Below, in pieces: positions 29,318 through 38,995 of a stretch of DNA of 64,000 nucleotides. The position numbers and the translations under genes were made by a program. The notes beneath the pieces were generated by a model, which saw only the letters and a program-made list of their open reading frames with translations, had not been told where the DNA came from and ran no database searches. The stretch's first letter is position 1, and every line of letters starts with the position of its first letter. The DNA lies in NCBI GenBank assembly GCA_009776725.1, contig WRNE01000006.1, positions 1,109-65,108 on the forward strand, written 5' to 3'. Source of the DNA: Coriobacteriia bacterium (lineage in GTDB: Bacteria; Actinomycetota; Coriobacteriia; Coriobacteriales; UBA8131).

Positions 29318-31714
29318 CTATACCAGGCTTTGAGCAAGCCTGGCCCTGACTATAGCAGCTTGACCGAAGGCAATACAAGCATCATTTGGCGGCAGCTCGT
29401 TGTTCAAGTAGACAATAAAACCTTGGTCGCTAAGCGCGTTTGGCAGCTTCTCTATCAGATAGCGGTTCATAAAAACGCCCCCAGACAAGGCGATATCGTT
29501 GATACCTGTTACATTTCGCTGGAAAAGCGCCTGAGATACCACCATGTCGACGACAGCCTGATGAAAGCGGCGGGAGATCGTCGGCAGGCTGGTTCCCCGT
29601 ACCAGGTCGTCTAGGATCGAGCGGATAACCGGGCCGGCCACGATGAGCTCGCCGTCAAAAGCAAACTCGTAGGGCAAAGCATCCAATGCAGCAGCCTCGA
29701 AACGCCCGCTTTGCTTGCCCTCGTGGTCGGCAGAGCCGAAGGCTATTGCTGCCTCAAGCTCGATTGCAGCCTCGCCTTCGTAGGTGGATTTTTGGCAAAG
29801 GCCCACCAAAGCGCTGACCGCATCGAAAAGCCTGCCCATCGAACTGGTCTTGGGGGAGTTGATCTGCCTTTCGATCATCAGTTCCAACTGGTTTTTTGTC
29901 TCGGGTGCTATTTTGCCCATGAAGCCATCAGCCCCAGGATGGCCCAAGAGGCTGTACTGTGCCAGATAGGCAAAGGCCATCCGCCAAACCTCTTTGACCG
30001 CCATACTGCCGCCAGGCATGGCGGTCGGCTGCAGGTAGGCCAAACGCTGGTACTTATCCATATTACAAAGCAAGACCTCTCCGCCCCAGATGCTGCCGTC
30101 GTCGCCTAGGCCGGTCCCGTCAAAGGCAAAGCCGATTAGCTCGTCAGGCGCATTTGCCGATGTCGACTGGGCCTCGGCCAGCACAGCGGCTATATGGGCA
30201 TGGTGGTGCTGCACGTAAACCAGCGGTTTGCTCGATTGTCTGGATTGGGAGACTGCCCATTTGGTCGAAAGGTACTCCGGATGCAAGTCGGCAGCATAGG
30301 TTTTAGCTTTGAGGCCAAACAGCCCTTGGTAGAGGTGACGGGTCTCATCCCAATTAGCCAGTGCCTGGGAACTGTCTAAGTCCCCTAGGTGCTGCGACAG
30401 GAAAGCCTCGTTGCCCCGAGTGAAACAAAAGGTGTTCTTCTGCTCCGGCCCGACGGCCAAGACCTCGGCTGTGCCCGAGCCTGCCAGCCGCAAGGGTAGC
30501 GGGGCATAGCCGCGCGCCCGCCTGATCATCTGCCGCCGGCCATTGACCACCCTAACGACACTGTCGTCATAACGGTTGCTGATAGGCCGGTTATTGTCCA
30601 GAAACATGTCGGCAATCCCGTCAAGCAGCTGGTGCGCCTGGTCGGTGTCAGCAATGATCGGCTCATCGCTTAAGTTCCCCGAGGTCATTACCAGGGGGCG
30701 GTCCAACTCATGGAAGAGCAGGTGCTGCACAGGGGTATAGGCAAGCATTACCCCGAGCTCGGGCAGGTTCCCCGCTACGTTATTAGATATAGGGAGAAAC
30801 CCATGTTGCCCTGCCCCGTCTTTTCTTTGGAGCAAGACGATCGGGCGCACGCTGCCCTCAAGCAGGCTAGCCTCGGTCTTATCCACATAACAATAGTTTT
30901 TTGCCCAGTTAAGCGATGCCATCATCAGGGCAAAGGGCTTGTTGCTGCGTTTTTTGCGCTCTCGGAGGCTCATCACCGCTTGGTCGTTGGTGGCGTCGCA
31001 GGCCAGGTGATAGCCGCCAAGGCTTTTGATAGCTACGATATTGCCGGCTTTTATAGCTTCCACGGTAAGCCTGAGCAAGGCTTGGCTAGACTGCAAGTCG
31101 GATGCTTCTTGGGTTTGTCCGTCGATGAAGACCGACAGTCTAGGCCCACAGGCAAAACAGGCGTCGGGCTGTGCATGAAAGCGCCGGTCGGCTGGGTCGT
31201 CATACTCTAAAGCGCAGTCCTTGCACATCGGAAAGCCGCGCATGGTAGTCAGGGGGCGGTCATAGGGCAGCCCCTGGATGATCGTAAAGCGGGGGCCACA
31301 GTCGGTGCAATTGATGAAGGGGTAGCCGAAGCGGCGGTTTGTCGGGTCGAACAACTCGCGTAGGCAGTTAGGGCAGGTAGCCAGGTCAGGCGAAATGTTA
31401 GTGGCCAAAAGGGCCTCAGGGGTGCTGGACATAGGGCTGGCGCTAGACATCCGAATGGAGAAGTCGTTTAGGTACAGGGGGCTCGTTGACTGTGAGCTGA
31501 ACCGGTCTATCCTGGCAATCTCAGGATGCTCGTTTTGAACTGCCTGCATGAAGCCGAGGATGGCCTCTTGGTCTCCCTCGACATGGATGCTGACTCCGTC
31601 TGAAGCGTTATAGACCCACCCAAAAAGCCCATAGCGCAGCGCTAGGCGGTACACAAAGGGCCGAAAGCCGACGCCTTGTACCAGACCACTGACATGGATG
31701 CTAAAAGCTTTCAT
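29318..31714 (-). CDS. hypF: Carbamoyltransferase HypF
   Basis: GLVQGVGFRP acylphosphatase domain, CxxC zinc fingers, VQHHHAH, TSSMGRLFD. Confidence 0.97.
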   Translation of the reverse strand: MKAFSIHVSGLVQGVGFRPFVYRLALRYGLFGWVYNASDGVSIHVEGDQEAILGFMQAVQNEHPEIARIDRFSSQSTSPLYLNDFSIRMSSASPMSSTPEALLATNISPDLATCPNCLRELFDPTNRRFGYPFINCTDCGPRFTIIQGLPYDRPLTTMRGFPMCKDCALEYDDPADRRFHAQPDACFACGPRLSVFIDGQTQEASDLQSSQALLRLTVEAIKAGNIVAIKSLGGYHLACDATNDQAVMSLRERKKRSNKPFALMMASLNWAKNYCYVDKTEASLLEGSVRPIVLLQRKDGAGQHGFLPISNNVAGNLPELGVMLAYTPVQHLLFHELDRPLVMTSGNLSDEPIIADTDQAHQLLDGIADMFLDNNRPISNRYDDSVVRVVNGRRQMIRRARGYAPLPLRLAGSGTAEVLAVGPEQKNTFCFTRGNEAFLSQHLGDLDSSQALANWDETRHLYQGLFGLKAKTYAADLHPEYLSTKWAVSQSRQSSKPLVYVQHHHAHIAAVLAEAQSTSANAPDELIGFAFDGTGLGDDGSIWGGEVLLCNMDKYQRLAYLQPTAMPGGSMAVKEVWRMAFAYLAQYSLLGHPGADGFMGKIAPETKNQLELMIERQINSPKTSSMGRLFDAVSALVGLCQKSTYEGEAAIELEAAIAFGSADHEGKQSGRFEAAALDALPYEFAFDGELIVAGPVIRSILDDLVRGTSLPTISRRFHQAVVDMVVSQALFQRNVTGINDIALSGGVFMNRYLIEKLPNALSDQGFIVYLNNELPPNDACIAFGQAAIVRARLAQSLV

Positions 31715-31718
31715 GGCT

Positions 31719-32135
31719 TTATAAATCGCCCGTGGTGGTTGCTGTCAGATTACCGTGCTTGACGCCCTTGATGCCTAAGAGGCTGTCTGCAATCTCGTTT
31801 ATCTCACTGGTACGGCCACGCATGGCGATGATTTCTAGACAATTATGGGCATCAAGATGAATGTGCATAGCCGAGATGATTCTTTCATGGGCGGAGTGTT
31901 GTATTTGGTCAAGCTTGTTCTGAAGGTCTGATGTATGGTGGTCGAACACTAAAGTCAAGGTACCGACGATAATAGCGTCCGGGTCATACCATTGGTCTTC
32001 GACCAAGGCCTCACGGACGAGGTCACGGATCACCTCGGAACGGTTCTTGGCTAGTCCGCGCTTAGCAACGTATTTGTCGAAAAGCATCAGCAAGCCTTCC
32101 GGCATTGCCACGCTAAAGCGTACAAGCTCGCTCAT
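31719..32135 (-). CDS. nikR: Nickel-responsive regulator NikR
   Basis: Ribbon-helix-helix VRFSVAM...NRSEVIRD; Ni ligands IQH and MHIHLDAHNCLE. Confidence 0.96.
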   Translation of the reverse strand: MSELVRFSVAMPEGLLMLFDKYVAKRGLAKNRSEVIRDLVREALVEDQWYDPDAIIVGTLTLVFDHHTSDLQNKLDQIQHSAHERIISAMHIHLDAHNCLEIIAMRGRTSEINEIADSLLGIKGVKHGNLTATTTGDL

Positions 32136-32249
32136 TTCGATCCTCTCACAGGTGCTTGCTTATTTGGCAGATCGCCCGCCACGCCGCAGCACCAAAAGGA
32201 CAGCCATGGCGTGCTTCTGGCAAAGCCAGGGGCCTTGAAAAGCACCCTC

Positions 32250-32498
32250 TTAGACCACTTGCACCGTAACATCGTCAGCTGACTCTTTTAACACTAGTTC
32301 CGAAGCCTCTTCAAGCAAGGCCCTTATATCGTCAAGCAGTGCCTGGGCATCGCGCATTTTAGCCGCGGTACGCAGCATATTGTCTTCTTCCACCTGATGA
32401 TAGACACGATGGGTCCAGCGTCGGCATAGGGCAACAGCCTCGTCGATTTGTTCGATTGTCGAATTCAGTTGTTCAGCGTTGATTCCGTCCTTGCACAC
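32250..32498 (-). CDS. Small helical hypothetical protein upstream of nikR
   Basis: 82-aa ORF with GTG start after AGGAG; two amphipathic helices; CRRWTH..YH. Confidence 0.7.
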   Translation of the reverse strand: MCKDGINAEQLNSTIEQIDEAVALCRRWTHRVYHQVEEDNMLRTAAKMRDAQALLDDIRALLEEASELVLKESADDVTVQVV

Positions 32499-32520
32499 GG
32501 TCTTCTCCTAATAATTAGAA

Positions 32521-32547
32521 TAGTTACAGTCTGTATTTGCGTGCTTT
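32521..32547. promoter_or_regulatory. Candidate NikR operator 2 (degenerate)
   Basis: Minus strand AAAGCAC-N13-GTAACTA just upstream of the orf-nikR-hyp RBS; same spacing as the 33048 site. Confidence 0.35.
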
Positions 32548-32607
32548 AAGCCTGCATCGGCTTTAAAAGCGGAAAAAAGGGCTTGCCAGCCGCCTCCGCG
32601 GCTTGGT

Positions 32608-32934
32608 CTAACTTGTCAGGTGCGGAGACAGCTGGCGCATCAGCTCGGCCTTGGGCATAGCGCCGCTGATCACCGCTGTGACCTGTCCTCCGACGAAGAG
32701 CATCAGGGTCGGGATAGAAACGATCTGGTAGGCATACGCCAGTTCTTCCTGCTCGTCGACGTTGAGCTTACCAACATACATGACGCCCTCGTTCTCTAGG
32801 GCGATCTGCTCGACGATTGGGGCGATTAGGTGACAAGGCCCGCACCAATCAGCCCAAAAATCAACCAGGAACGGCTTGTCGGATTCCAGGACTTGGGATT
32901 TGAAGTTCTCTTTGGTGATTTCGATAATACTCAT
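32608..32934 (-). CDS. trxA: Thioredoxin
   Basis: VDFWADWCGPC and SIPTL. Confidence 0.96.
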   Translation of the reverse strand: MSIIEITKENFKSQVLESDKPFLVDFWADWCGPCHLIAPIVEQIALENEGVMYVGKLNVDEQEELAYAYQIVSIPTLMLFVGGQVTAVISGAMPKAELMRQLSPHLTS

Positions 32935-33044
32935 ACATTTTGCCTTTCGAGTCTATAACCTTGCTTTTGAGGCGCTTATTGTTAAGCTTTAACCGTAAAG
33001 CCTTTGCTGCATTCAAGCATCGCTGTCATTAAGCAGACCTGGCC

Positions 33045-33074
33045 ATAGTAGCACGAAGCGCCGCTAAGTAACAC
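33045..33074 (-). promoter_or_regulatory. Extended -10 promoter overlapped by candidate NikR operator 1
   Basis: Minus strand GTGTTAC-N13-GTGCTAC (33074-33048) overlapping TGcTACTAT upstream of trxA. Confidence 0.5.
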
Positions 33075-33154
33075 GATCTAGCCAATTCGTAACCTTAAAA
33101 AAGTCGATGCACAGCAGTTCTTTCATGTAGGCAGTCTGCCCAAAAGGCAGGGGA

Positions 33155-33754
33155 GTGATGATGGCTGATAATAATATATACGAGCTAGCTAGCTTATATC
33201 AGAGGGGCCTGTCTGACCAGCTTGGGCCCTTTAGCGCTTACCTCGCTGGACAAGCGGCAAGTGACATCGTGCTGGTCAAGGGCATTTGCGGGCCGATCGA
33301 GCTTGCAGGAGGGCCTCCGTTCAGCGGGCCAGACAGCGCCGCCGTCTCGGCTGCGTTGGCTTCGCTGGGATGGGGGGAAGACAACTGGTGCGGAGTTCTA
33401 ACCCAGCCAAGCCACCAGGCCAAGCTGTCTGACGAAGAGCTGCGCCTGATCATTGAGGTTATCGATCCCCAACTGATAATCGGTATGGACCAAGCAGCAG
33501 GAATATCCATTGCAGCAGCCCTTAGCTACCAAGGCCCGGAAGGTCTTTATGCGGATAAGGGCGAAGGCCAGGCAAACAATCAGCAAGCCGAAATCAAGTT
33601 CGACGACAATAAGCCTCCGAGGGCTATAAATGCCGGTGAGCCTATTCAATATTTTAACAGGCAGATCCTGGTGCTAAGTGGTTTTGAGGCAGCCCTCTCA
33701 GATGACCTGGCCAAACAAAAGGTTTGGGCGCAACTAAAAACGATCAAGCGCTAA
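33155..33754 (+). CDS. Hypothetical protein (possibly a degenerate uracil-DNA-glycosylase-like fold)
   Basis: 199-aa ORF with RBS; IEVIDPQLII...KQKVWAQLK only loosely recalls UDG family 4. Confidence 0.55.
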   Translation: MMMADNNIYELASLYQRGLSDQLGPFSAYLAGQAASDIVLVKGICGPIELAGGPPFSGPDSAAVSAALASLGWGEDNWCGVLTQPSHQAKLSDEELRLIIEVIDPQLIIGMDQAAGISIAAALSYQGPEGLYADKGEGQANNQQAEIKFDDNKPPRAINAGEPIQYFNRQILVLSGFEAALSDDLAKQKVWAQLKTIKR

Positions 33755-33791
33755 TCATGTATGTTGTGTCTACGGCAGGTTATAAAAAGCG

Positions 33792-33818
33792 TAGTGCCGC
33801 TTTAGAAAAGCGGCACTA
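33792..33818. terminator. Hairpin between convergent genes
   Basis: TAGTGCCGCTTT-aga-AAAGCGGCACTA. Confidence 0.8.
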
Positions 33819-33833
33819 GCGACACTTTGATGA

Positions 33834-34022
33834 TCAATCTTCTTCAATTTCTATGATTGCAGCCATCGGACATTCTTCCATGCAATCGCCACAAGCGGTA
33901 CAAGAGTCTTCATTGATGACTGTAGCAATGTCTTGGACGATGTCCAAAACATCATTTGGGCAGGTATCAGTGCAGATTCCACAACCAGTGCATTCTTCTA
34001 CGTCGATAATCGGACGCGGCAT
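33834..34022 (-). CDS. 2x[4Fe-4S] ferredoxin
   Basis: Two CxxCxxCxxxCP motifs; acidic 62-aa protein. Confidence 0.95.
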   Translation of the reverse strand: MPRPIIDVEECTGCGICTDTCPNDVLDIVQDIATVINEDSCTACGDCMEECPMAAIIEIEED

Positions 34023-34433
34023 AACGCGCTCCTTTCATTTTCTACTGCTGCCAACTTGACAGTCGCTGAAAGATATCCGCGTGAATATATCTCAAACAGT
34101 CAAAGCTGGCAAGTAACAATCGAGCAAAAAAAACAAGAGATTGGATTTTGTAAGCTAGTTAAGATAACTGGTGTCGCCCTTAGGGTCTAGGTATCCAACA
34201 AGGCCTTGGATTATTAGCAGAAAAGCCTGGCGGCTGAGTACATGTAAAGGATAATAAGATCATATTAGTAACAATTCGATAAGTACAGGTAAATCAATGA
34301 TATTAGCGTTCATTTAAGAATATTCTCTACTTCATGATAGGCGTATCTCTAATAGATGCATAATAAATTTAATTTTAGCTGTCTAGCATACAACCATCTC
34401 AATGTCATCTATTGAAAGAGAGAATGCAAGACA

Positions 34434-35108
34434 ATGAACTCAAAACGCAAGCGAATCATGATATCGGTTATTTCTGGCCTACTGGCTGCTGCGATGATGG
34501 CTTACTATGCGTCATCGGTAAAAGGCTCCGCCGACCAGATCAGAAGACAGACCCTAGAGGCTTACGGAGGGGAGCAGGTCGAAGTCTATGTTGCTACTCG
34601 CAATATAGCTGCTGGCGAACGTCTGACATCGGCAAATACTGCAAAACGGAACTGGTTGGCTGACCTTTTGCCAGCAGGTGCGCTAACTGACGAGTCCGAT
34701 GTCATGGGACAGACTTTAGGCATGCCTCTTTTTGCCAACGAGCCTGTCGTATCGGCAAAGCTCAGCACTGAAATACCGCCGATCAGCGTCCCGGAAGGAT
34801 ATTGCGCGGTCAGTATCCCCACCAACGACGTGCTTGCTGTTGGTGGTGCGATAACAACAGGCTCTGTCGTAGCAATATATGCTGCCGATAAAGAGTCAGT
34901 TATCTTATTGGCAGCCGAGATACTTGTCCTGGACACTTCAAACAGCAGTAGTCAGCAAGTTGAGCCCAACAGCCTTTTCGGCTCTAGCCTATCTAGGCCC
35001 GCCTTGTCATGGGTGACCCTTTCTGTGCAGGAAGACATGGTCGCTGATTTGATCGTTGCTTCCCGGACCATGAACCTCTATTTGGTTTTACCGGGAGGAG
35101 AGATATAA
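34434..35108 (+). CDS. cpaB: Flp pilus assembly protein CpaB/RcpC
   Basis: N-terminal TM, SAF domain VYVATRNIAAGERL, VPEGYCAVSIP...VGGAI; first gene of the tad cluster. Confidence 0.88.
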   Translation: MNSKRKRIMISVISGLLAAAMMAYYASSVKGSADQIRRQTLEAYGGEQVEVYVATRNIAAGERLTSANTAKRNWLADLLPAGALTDESDVMGQTLGMPLFANEPVVSAKLSTEIPPISVPEGYCAVSIPTNDVLAVGGAITTGSVVAIYAADKESVILLAAEILVLDTSNSSSQQVEPNSLFGSSLSRPALSWVTLSVQEDMVADLIVASRTMNLYLVLPGGEI

Positions 35109-35109
35109 A

Positions 35110-36642
35110 ATGTCCACTCTGCGAGTTAAAACGCTTCAAGCCTATGGCCTGCCTGCTGATACCTTGGCAATCGCTGTGGACAGGCAGCTGCAAAGCTATA
35201 ACGATGCTGTGATTTGCAGAAGAATGGCCAGTGACCTGCACCCAAGCATCCCTATCGTAATTATTAACCGGGCCGAGCATATTACGGTTTCACCCATCAA
35301 CCTAGCAGCTGCCCTTTGCTTTGATTGTAGTGAACGCGACATATATCTCTGGGAAGACGACCCCACAGCCTCACTGGTCAGCCGGAGCAAGGCAGCAGGG
35401 CTCCGTGGTGTGATCAGCTGTACACAGTTGCTTCAATTACTAGCTTCTGCAAGTTATATGCTTGAACAGGATAGCAATAATGCCAATGCCCATACTGTCG
35501 AGTTGCTAGACGAAGCAGCTCCAAAAGATGACCCATCATTTATTGAGTCAAACACTCAAATGCCGGTTCCCACATCGGGCTTAGAGACTCGGCCGCAAGT
35601 CTCAAATGAGGTTTCTCAAGTAGGCGCTTGGGAGATGGAAAGCCTCGATTTGGACGAGCCAGTCGATAGCTTGCGTCCTTATCATAAAGAAACAGTATAT
35701 AGCCCGAGTATCGATGCTTTTGACTTGCCGCTGCCAAGCATCGGCCAAGGCGGTGATTTTACATATGACAAGGGCCCGGCATTGTTTTCCAGTGAAATGC
35801 TTGTCAGCCAAAATGCTGTCTCAAGGCTGAATGACAGCTCTAATATCATCGGGGTCTTTTCTGGCCGAGGTGGAGTAGGGAAGTCAACGGTTGCCCTGCT
35901 ACTAGCTGTCTTGGCATGCAAGCAAGGGCTGAGGGCAGCATTGATTGACGCAGACCTGCAGTTCGGAGACATTTCCTACATGCTTGGCCACTCAGCCAAG
36001 ACGATTGGCGAGGTAAGGCCGCTTTTAGCTGTGGCAGAGGGCCTTGTGGGCTTCTCCACATCTTCGCCATTGCTAGTATTGGCTGCCCCAGACCATGTCG
36101 AACAATCCGAATTGATAGCAGACAGTCTGCCTGAGATAGTTGCGCGTGTTGCCAGCGAGTTTGATCTAGTGCTCATCAACACATCAGCGTTTTGGTCGTC
36201 TACGCAGGCCGAGCTGGCTCGGGTATGCACAAGGCTGCTGTTCTTGATGGACCAGCGCACAACCTCGATAAAAGCCTGCCAACAAGTAGCCGAGCTATGT
36301 ATCAAGCTACACATCCCAGAGGCCCGTTTTTCCTATGCCATCAATGGCTGCCATCGTTTCGCCCCAATCAGCCCCCTGGATGCTTCTATGGCTTTGGGCG
36401 GATTGGAAGTGGTTGGCCTTGAAGACGGTGGAAACATCGTGGACGAACTGCTCTCGCTGGGCTGTCCCGAAGAATTGATCGAAAGCGGGAATGCCTTTAT
36501 TGAATCTTTAAGTAGCCTTCTTGCACATTTATTGCCACAGCTGGCACTAGGTTCTCCTGCCTTGGGCCAAGAGTCTAACGAGCCATATGCCATCAACCTC
36601 ATAAAGAGTCTTTTTAGGTGGAGAAACAATGAGATGGCTTAA
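35110..36642 (+). CDS. CpaE/TadZ-like MinD-family ATPase with degenerate receiver-like N-terminus
   Basis: SGRGGVGKST and LIDADLQFGD; located between cpaB and cpaF. Confidence 0.85.
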   Translation: MSTLRVKTLQAYGLPADTLAIAVDRQLQSYNDAVICRRMASDLHPSIPIVIINRAEHITVSPINLAAALCFDCSERDIYLWEDDPTASLVSRSKAAGLRGVISCTQLLQLLASASYMLEQDSNNANAHTVELLDEAAPKDDPSFIESNTQMPVPTSGLETRPQVSNEVSQVGAWEMESLDLDEPVDSLRPYHKETVYSPSIDAFDLPLPSIGQGGDFTYDKGPALFSSEMLVSQNAVSRLNDSSNIIGVFSGRGGVGKSTVALLLAVLACKQGLRAALIDADLQFGDISYMLGHSAKTIGEVRPLLAVAEGLVGFSTSSPLLVLAAPDHVEQSELIADSLPEIVARVASEFDLVLINTSAFWSSTQAELARVCTRLLFLMDQRTTSIKACQQVAELCIKLHIPEARFSYAINGCHRFAPISPLDASMALGGLEVVGLEDGGNIVDELLSLGCPEELIESGNAFIESLSSLLAHLLPQLALGSPALGQESNEPYAINLIKSLFRWRNNEMA

Positions 36643-36701
36643 ATGTAGTTCTGCTGATTGCCTGCTTATGCGTATTAATCACCAGATGAAGGAGCCAAGC
36701 T

Positions 36702-37946
36702 ATGTCTTTGCTGCAAATGCTTGACCAATTAGGCGGTACAAAAAGTGGGTCTTTAGACGATGAGATCACTGCTCAGATGCGATACGAGCTGCGCGACGGC
36801 TTGTATCGGCAGCTCCCTAGCTCGCGGATTGCAGAGTTGCTGCGGATCGACCCGGCCCGTGCCAAGCGTGAGGTAGTAGCCGTATTGGAACAAATACTTG
36901 GCAATGCCACTTATCAAGGATTAGGTACCGACAAACGCAATTTGTTGCTCCAAGACGTCACTGACCTTGTTGTCGGGCTAGGCCCGATCGAAGAGCTGCT
37001 GCGTGACGACAGCGTCACAGAGATCATGGTGAATGGGCCCCAAAAAGTATTCTTCGAGCGCGAGGGCCAGCTTTTCTCCACAGGCCTATGCTTTGCAGAC
37101 GAGGACCAGTTACGTTCAATCGTCGACAGGATCGTCGGCCCTTTAGGCAGGCGTGTCGACGAGTCAAACCCCATGGTCAGCGCCCGTTTGGCTTTAGGAC
37201 ATCGCGTCAACGTCGTGATTCCGCCACTAGCCCCCGACGGCACGGTACTGACTATCAGGAAGTTCCGTGACCAGGTCTTTACCCTCGACGAGCTAACAGA
37301 GATCGGGTCGATGGACGGCCAAATTGCCGAACTGCTGCGCCAAGCAGTTTATGACCGACAAAACATCGTTGTCAGCGGGGGCACCGGAAGCGGTAAAACG
37401 ACCCTGCTCAATGCCCTCTCGGTCGAAATACCGTCGGGTGAACGCATAATCACTATCGAAGACTCGGCTGAGCTGCGATTCACATCGCATCCACACGTGG
37501 TGAGGCTTGAGGCCCGAATGCGTAGCTCAGAGAACACCGGCGAAGTAACGATACGGGACTTAGTCACAAATGCCCTGAGAATGCGGCCAGACCGTATAGT
37601 GGTCGGCGAGTGTCGCGGGGCCGAGGCACTAGACATGTTGCAGGCAATGAACACTGGGCATGACGGGTCATTGACCACACTGCACGCGAACTCGCCTGCT
37701 GAAGTAATGACACGTTTGGTAATGATGTGCCGTTTCGGCATGGAGCTGCCAGTCTCTGTGTTAAACGAGCAAATAGCATCGGCATTTAACTTGATAGTCC
37801 ATTTAGAACGGCATGCCGATGGCAAGCGGCGAGTAACCCAAGTGTGTCGATACCGATCAGTAGCGGGGGAGAACAGTCTAGAGACACTAGTTGTCTGGTC
37901 AAAGGAACATATGGCATATATATGGGCTGATGGAGGCCTGTTATGA
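36702..37946 (+). CDS. cpaF: Tad pilus assembly ATPase CpaF/TadA
   Basis: VTEIMVNG, GGTGSGKTT, IEDSAEL, LRMRPDRIVVGECRG, MNTGHDGSLTTLHAN. Confidence 0.96.
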   Translation: MSLLQMLDQLGGTKSGSLDDEITAQMRYELRDGLYRQLPSSRIAELLRIDPARAKREVVAVLEQILGNATYQGLGTDKRNLLLQDVTDLVVGLGPIEELLRDDSVTEIMVNGPQKVFFEREGQLFSTGLCFADEDQLRSIVDRIVGPLGRRVDESNPMVSARLALGHRVNVVIPPLAPDGTVLTIRKFRDQVFTLDELTEIGSMDGQIAELLRQAVYDRQNIVVSGGTGSGKTTLLNALSVEIPSGERIITIEDSAELRFTSHPHVVRLEARMRSSENTGEVTIRDLVTNALRMRPDRIVVGECRGAEALDMLQAMNTGHDGSLTTLHANSPAEVMTRLVMMCRFGMELPVSVLNEQIASAFNLIVHLERHADGKRRVTQVCRYRSVAGENSLETLVVWSKEHMAYIWADGGLL

Positions 37947-38995
37947 CCAATGGTCCTTTATCTTGCTTGCTGCAGGTTCCTAATTCGGCATTTATGCTTC
38001 TAGCCGGTTTGGCTGATCCGACAAACATGGCTTTGGCCTCTGCAATCATACTTACTGTAATATGCGGGTCAATTGCCTTGCCTATGGCTTTTGAAGGCTT
38101 GCAGAGCCGGTACCGTCGCTTGGAGCGCAAGCAACGAGCGATTGACAACAGCAACAAGCCTTCTTTTATGTTCGACCTTTTACGTAACGGATTGCCTGCC
38201 CTAAGCCCTGTTTCAAACTTCATGCTCAAGTTCAGCTTTTGGCAGGAAAGAATTGAGAATACCACCGCCTATCTAAGTACCAGGGGCTTTAAGACAAATA
38301 CCCAAAGCATCTCAGAGCTGGCAATTGCCTTATGCCTGTCTACTAGCCTGTTGGTCTACCTCACAACAGACAACGGTTTTGTCTCGTGTGTCTCGATTGT
38401 CTCTGCTCCGATGCTAGTCAACAATCAAATCCTTAAATTAAGGGAAAGACGCAACCAGAAAATGAGAGGGCAACTGCCCGATGCCCTCCAGTGCATGGGG
38501 TTTTGTTTCCTTGCGGGTTGTTCGCTGGAACAGGCGATCGAGCAAACAGCGGCAGAGACACTCGAGCCGCTCAAGCACGAGCTGACACAGGTCAGTGACG
38601 ACATACGGTCAGGCTTAGGCTTGAAAGAGGCTTTGGCTGCCCTTGAAGAACGCAACAAGCTGCCAGAGCTGAGCTTTTTAGCCGCTGCCTTGGAGATACA
38701 GCACCAAACAGGAGGCAGCCTGGCTGATTTAATTGAGACTGCTGCTGAATCAATTAGGACATCCATAAGCTTGAAACGACAACTTCAATCACAAACCGCG
38801 CAAGCCCGTTTGTCGTATAAGGTAGTTGCCCTCATGCCAGTCCTTTTGGTGGTAGCACTGTCTTTGACTGTCGATGGCTATGCTGCAACATTCGTCAGTT
38901 CGACTATGGGCTTTGTCATGCTACTGGTTGCTGTGACGATGGAGCTTAGCGGAATACTGATAATCCGTAGGATCCTAGGAGTTGATCTAGGATGA
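37943..38995 (+). CDS. tadB: Tad inner-membrane platform protein TadB
   Basis: QLPDAL...AG.SL...TGGSL T2SSF-type domain with TM helices. Confidence 0.88.
   Translation: MTNGPLSCLLQVPNSAFMLLAGLADPTNMALASAIILTVICGSIALPMAFEGLQSRYRRLERKQRAIDNSNKPSFMFDLLRNGLPALSPVSNFMLKFSFWQERIENTTAYLSTRGFKTNTQSISELAIALCLSTSLLVYLTTDNGFVSCVSIVSAPMLVNNQILKLRERRNQKMRGQLPDALQCMGFCFLAGCSLEQAIEQTAAETLEPLKHELTQVSDDIRSGLGLKEALAALEERNKLPELSFLAAALEIQHQTGGSLADLIETAAESIRTSISLKRQLQSQTAQARLSYKVVALMPVLLVVALSLTVDGYAATFVSSTMGFVMLLVAVTMELSGILIIRRILGVDLG

Noticed and set aside
23518-34022. Pyrrolysine or selenocysteine read-through in the corrinoid, hyp or redox genes
   Set aside because: All of these proteins are full length at their first stop codon, and no split domains were seen.
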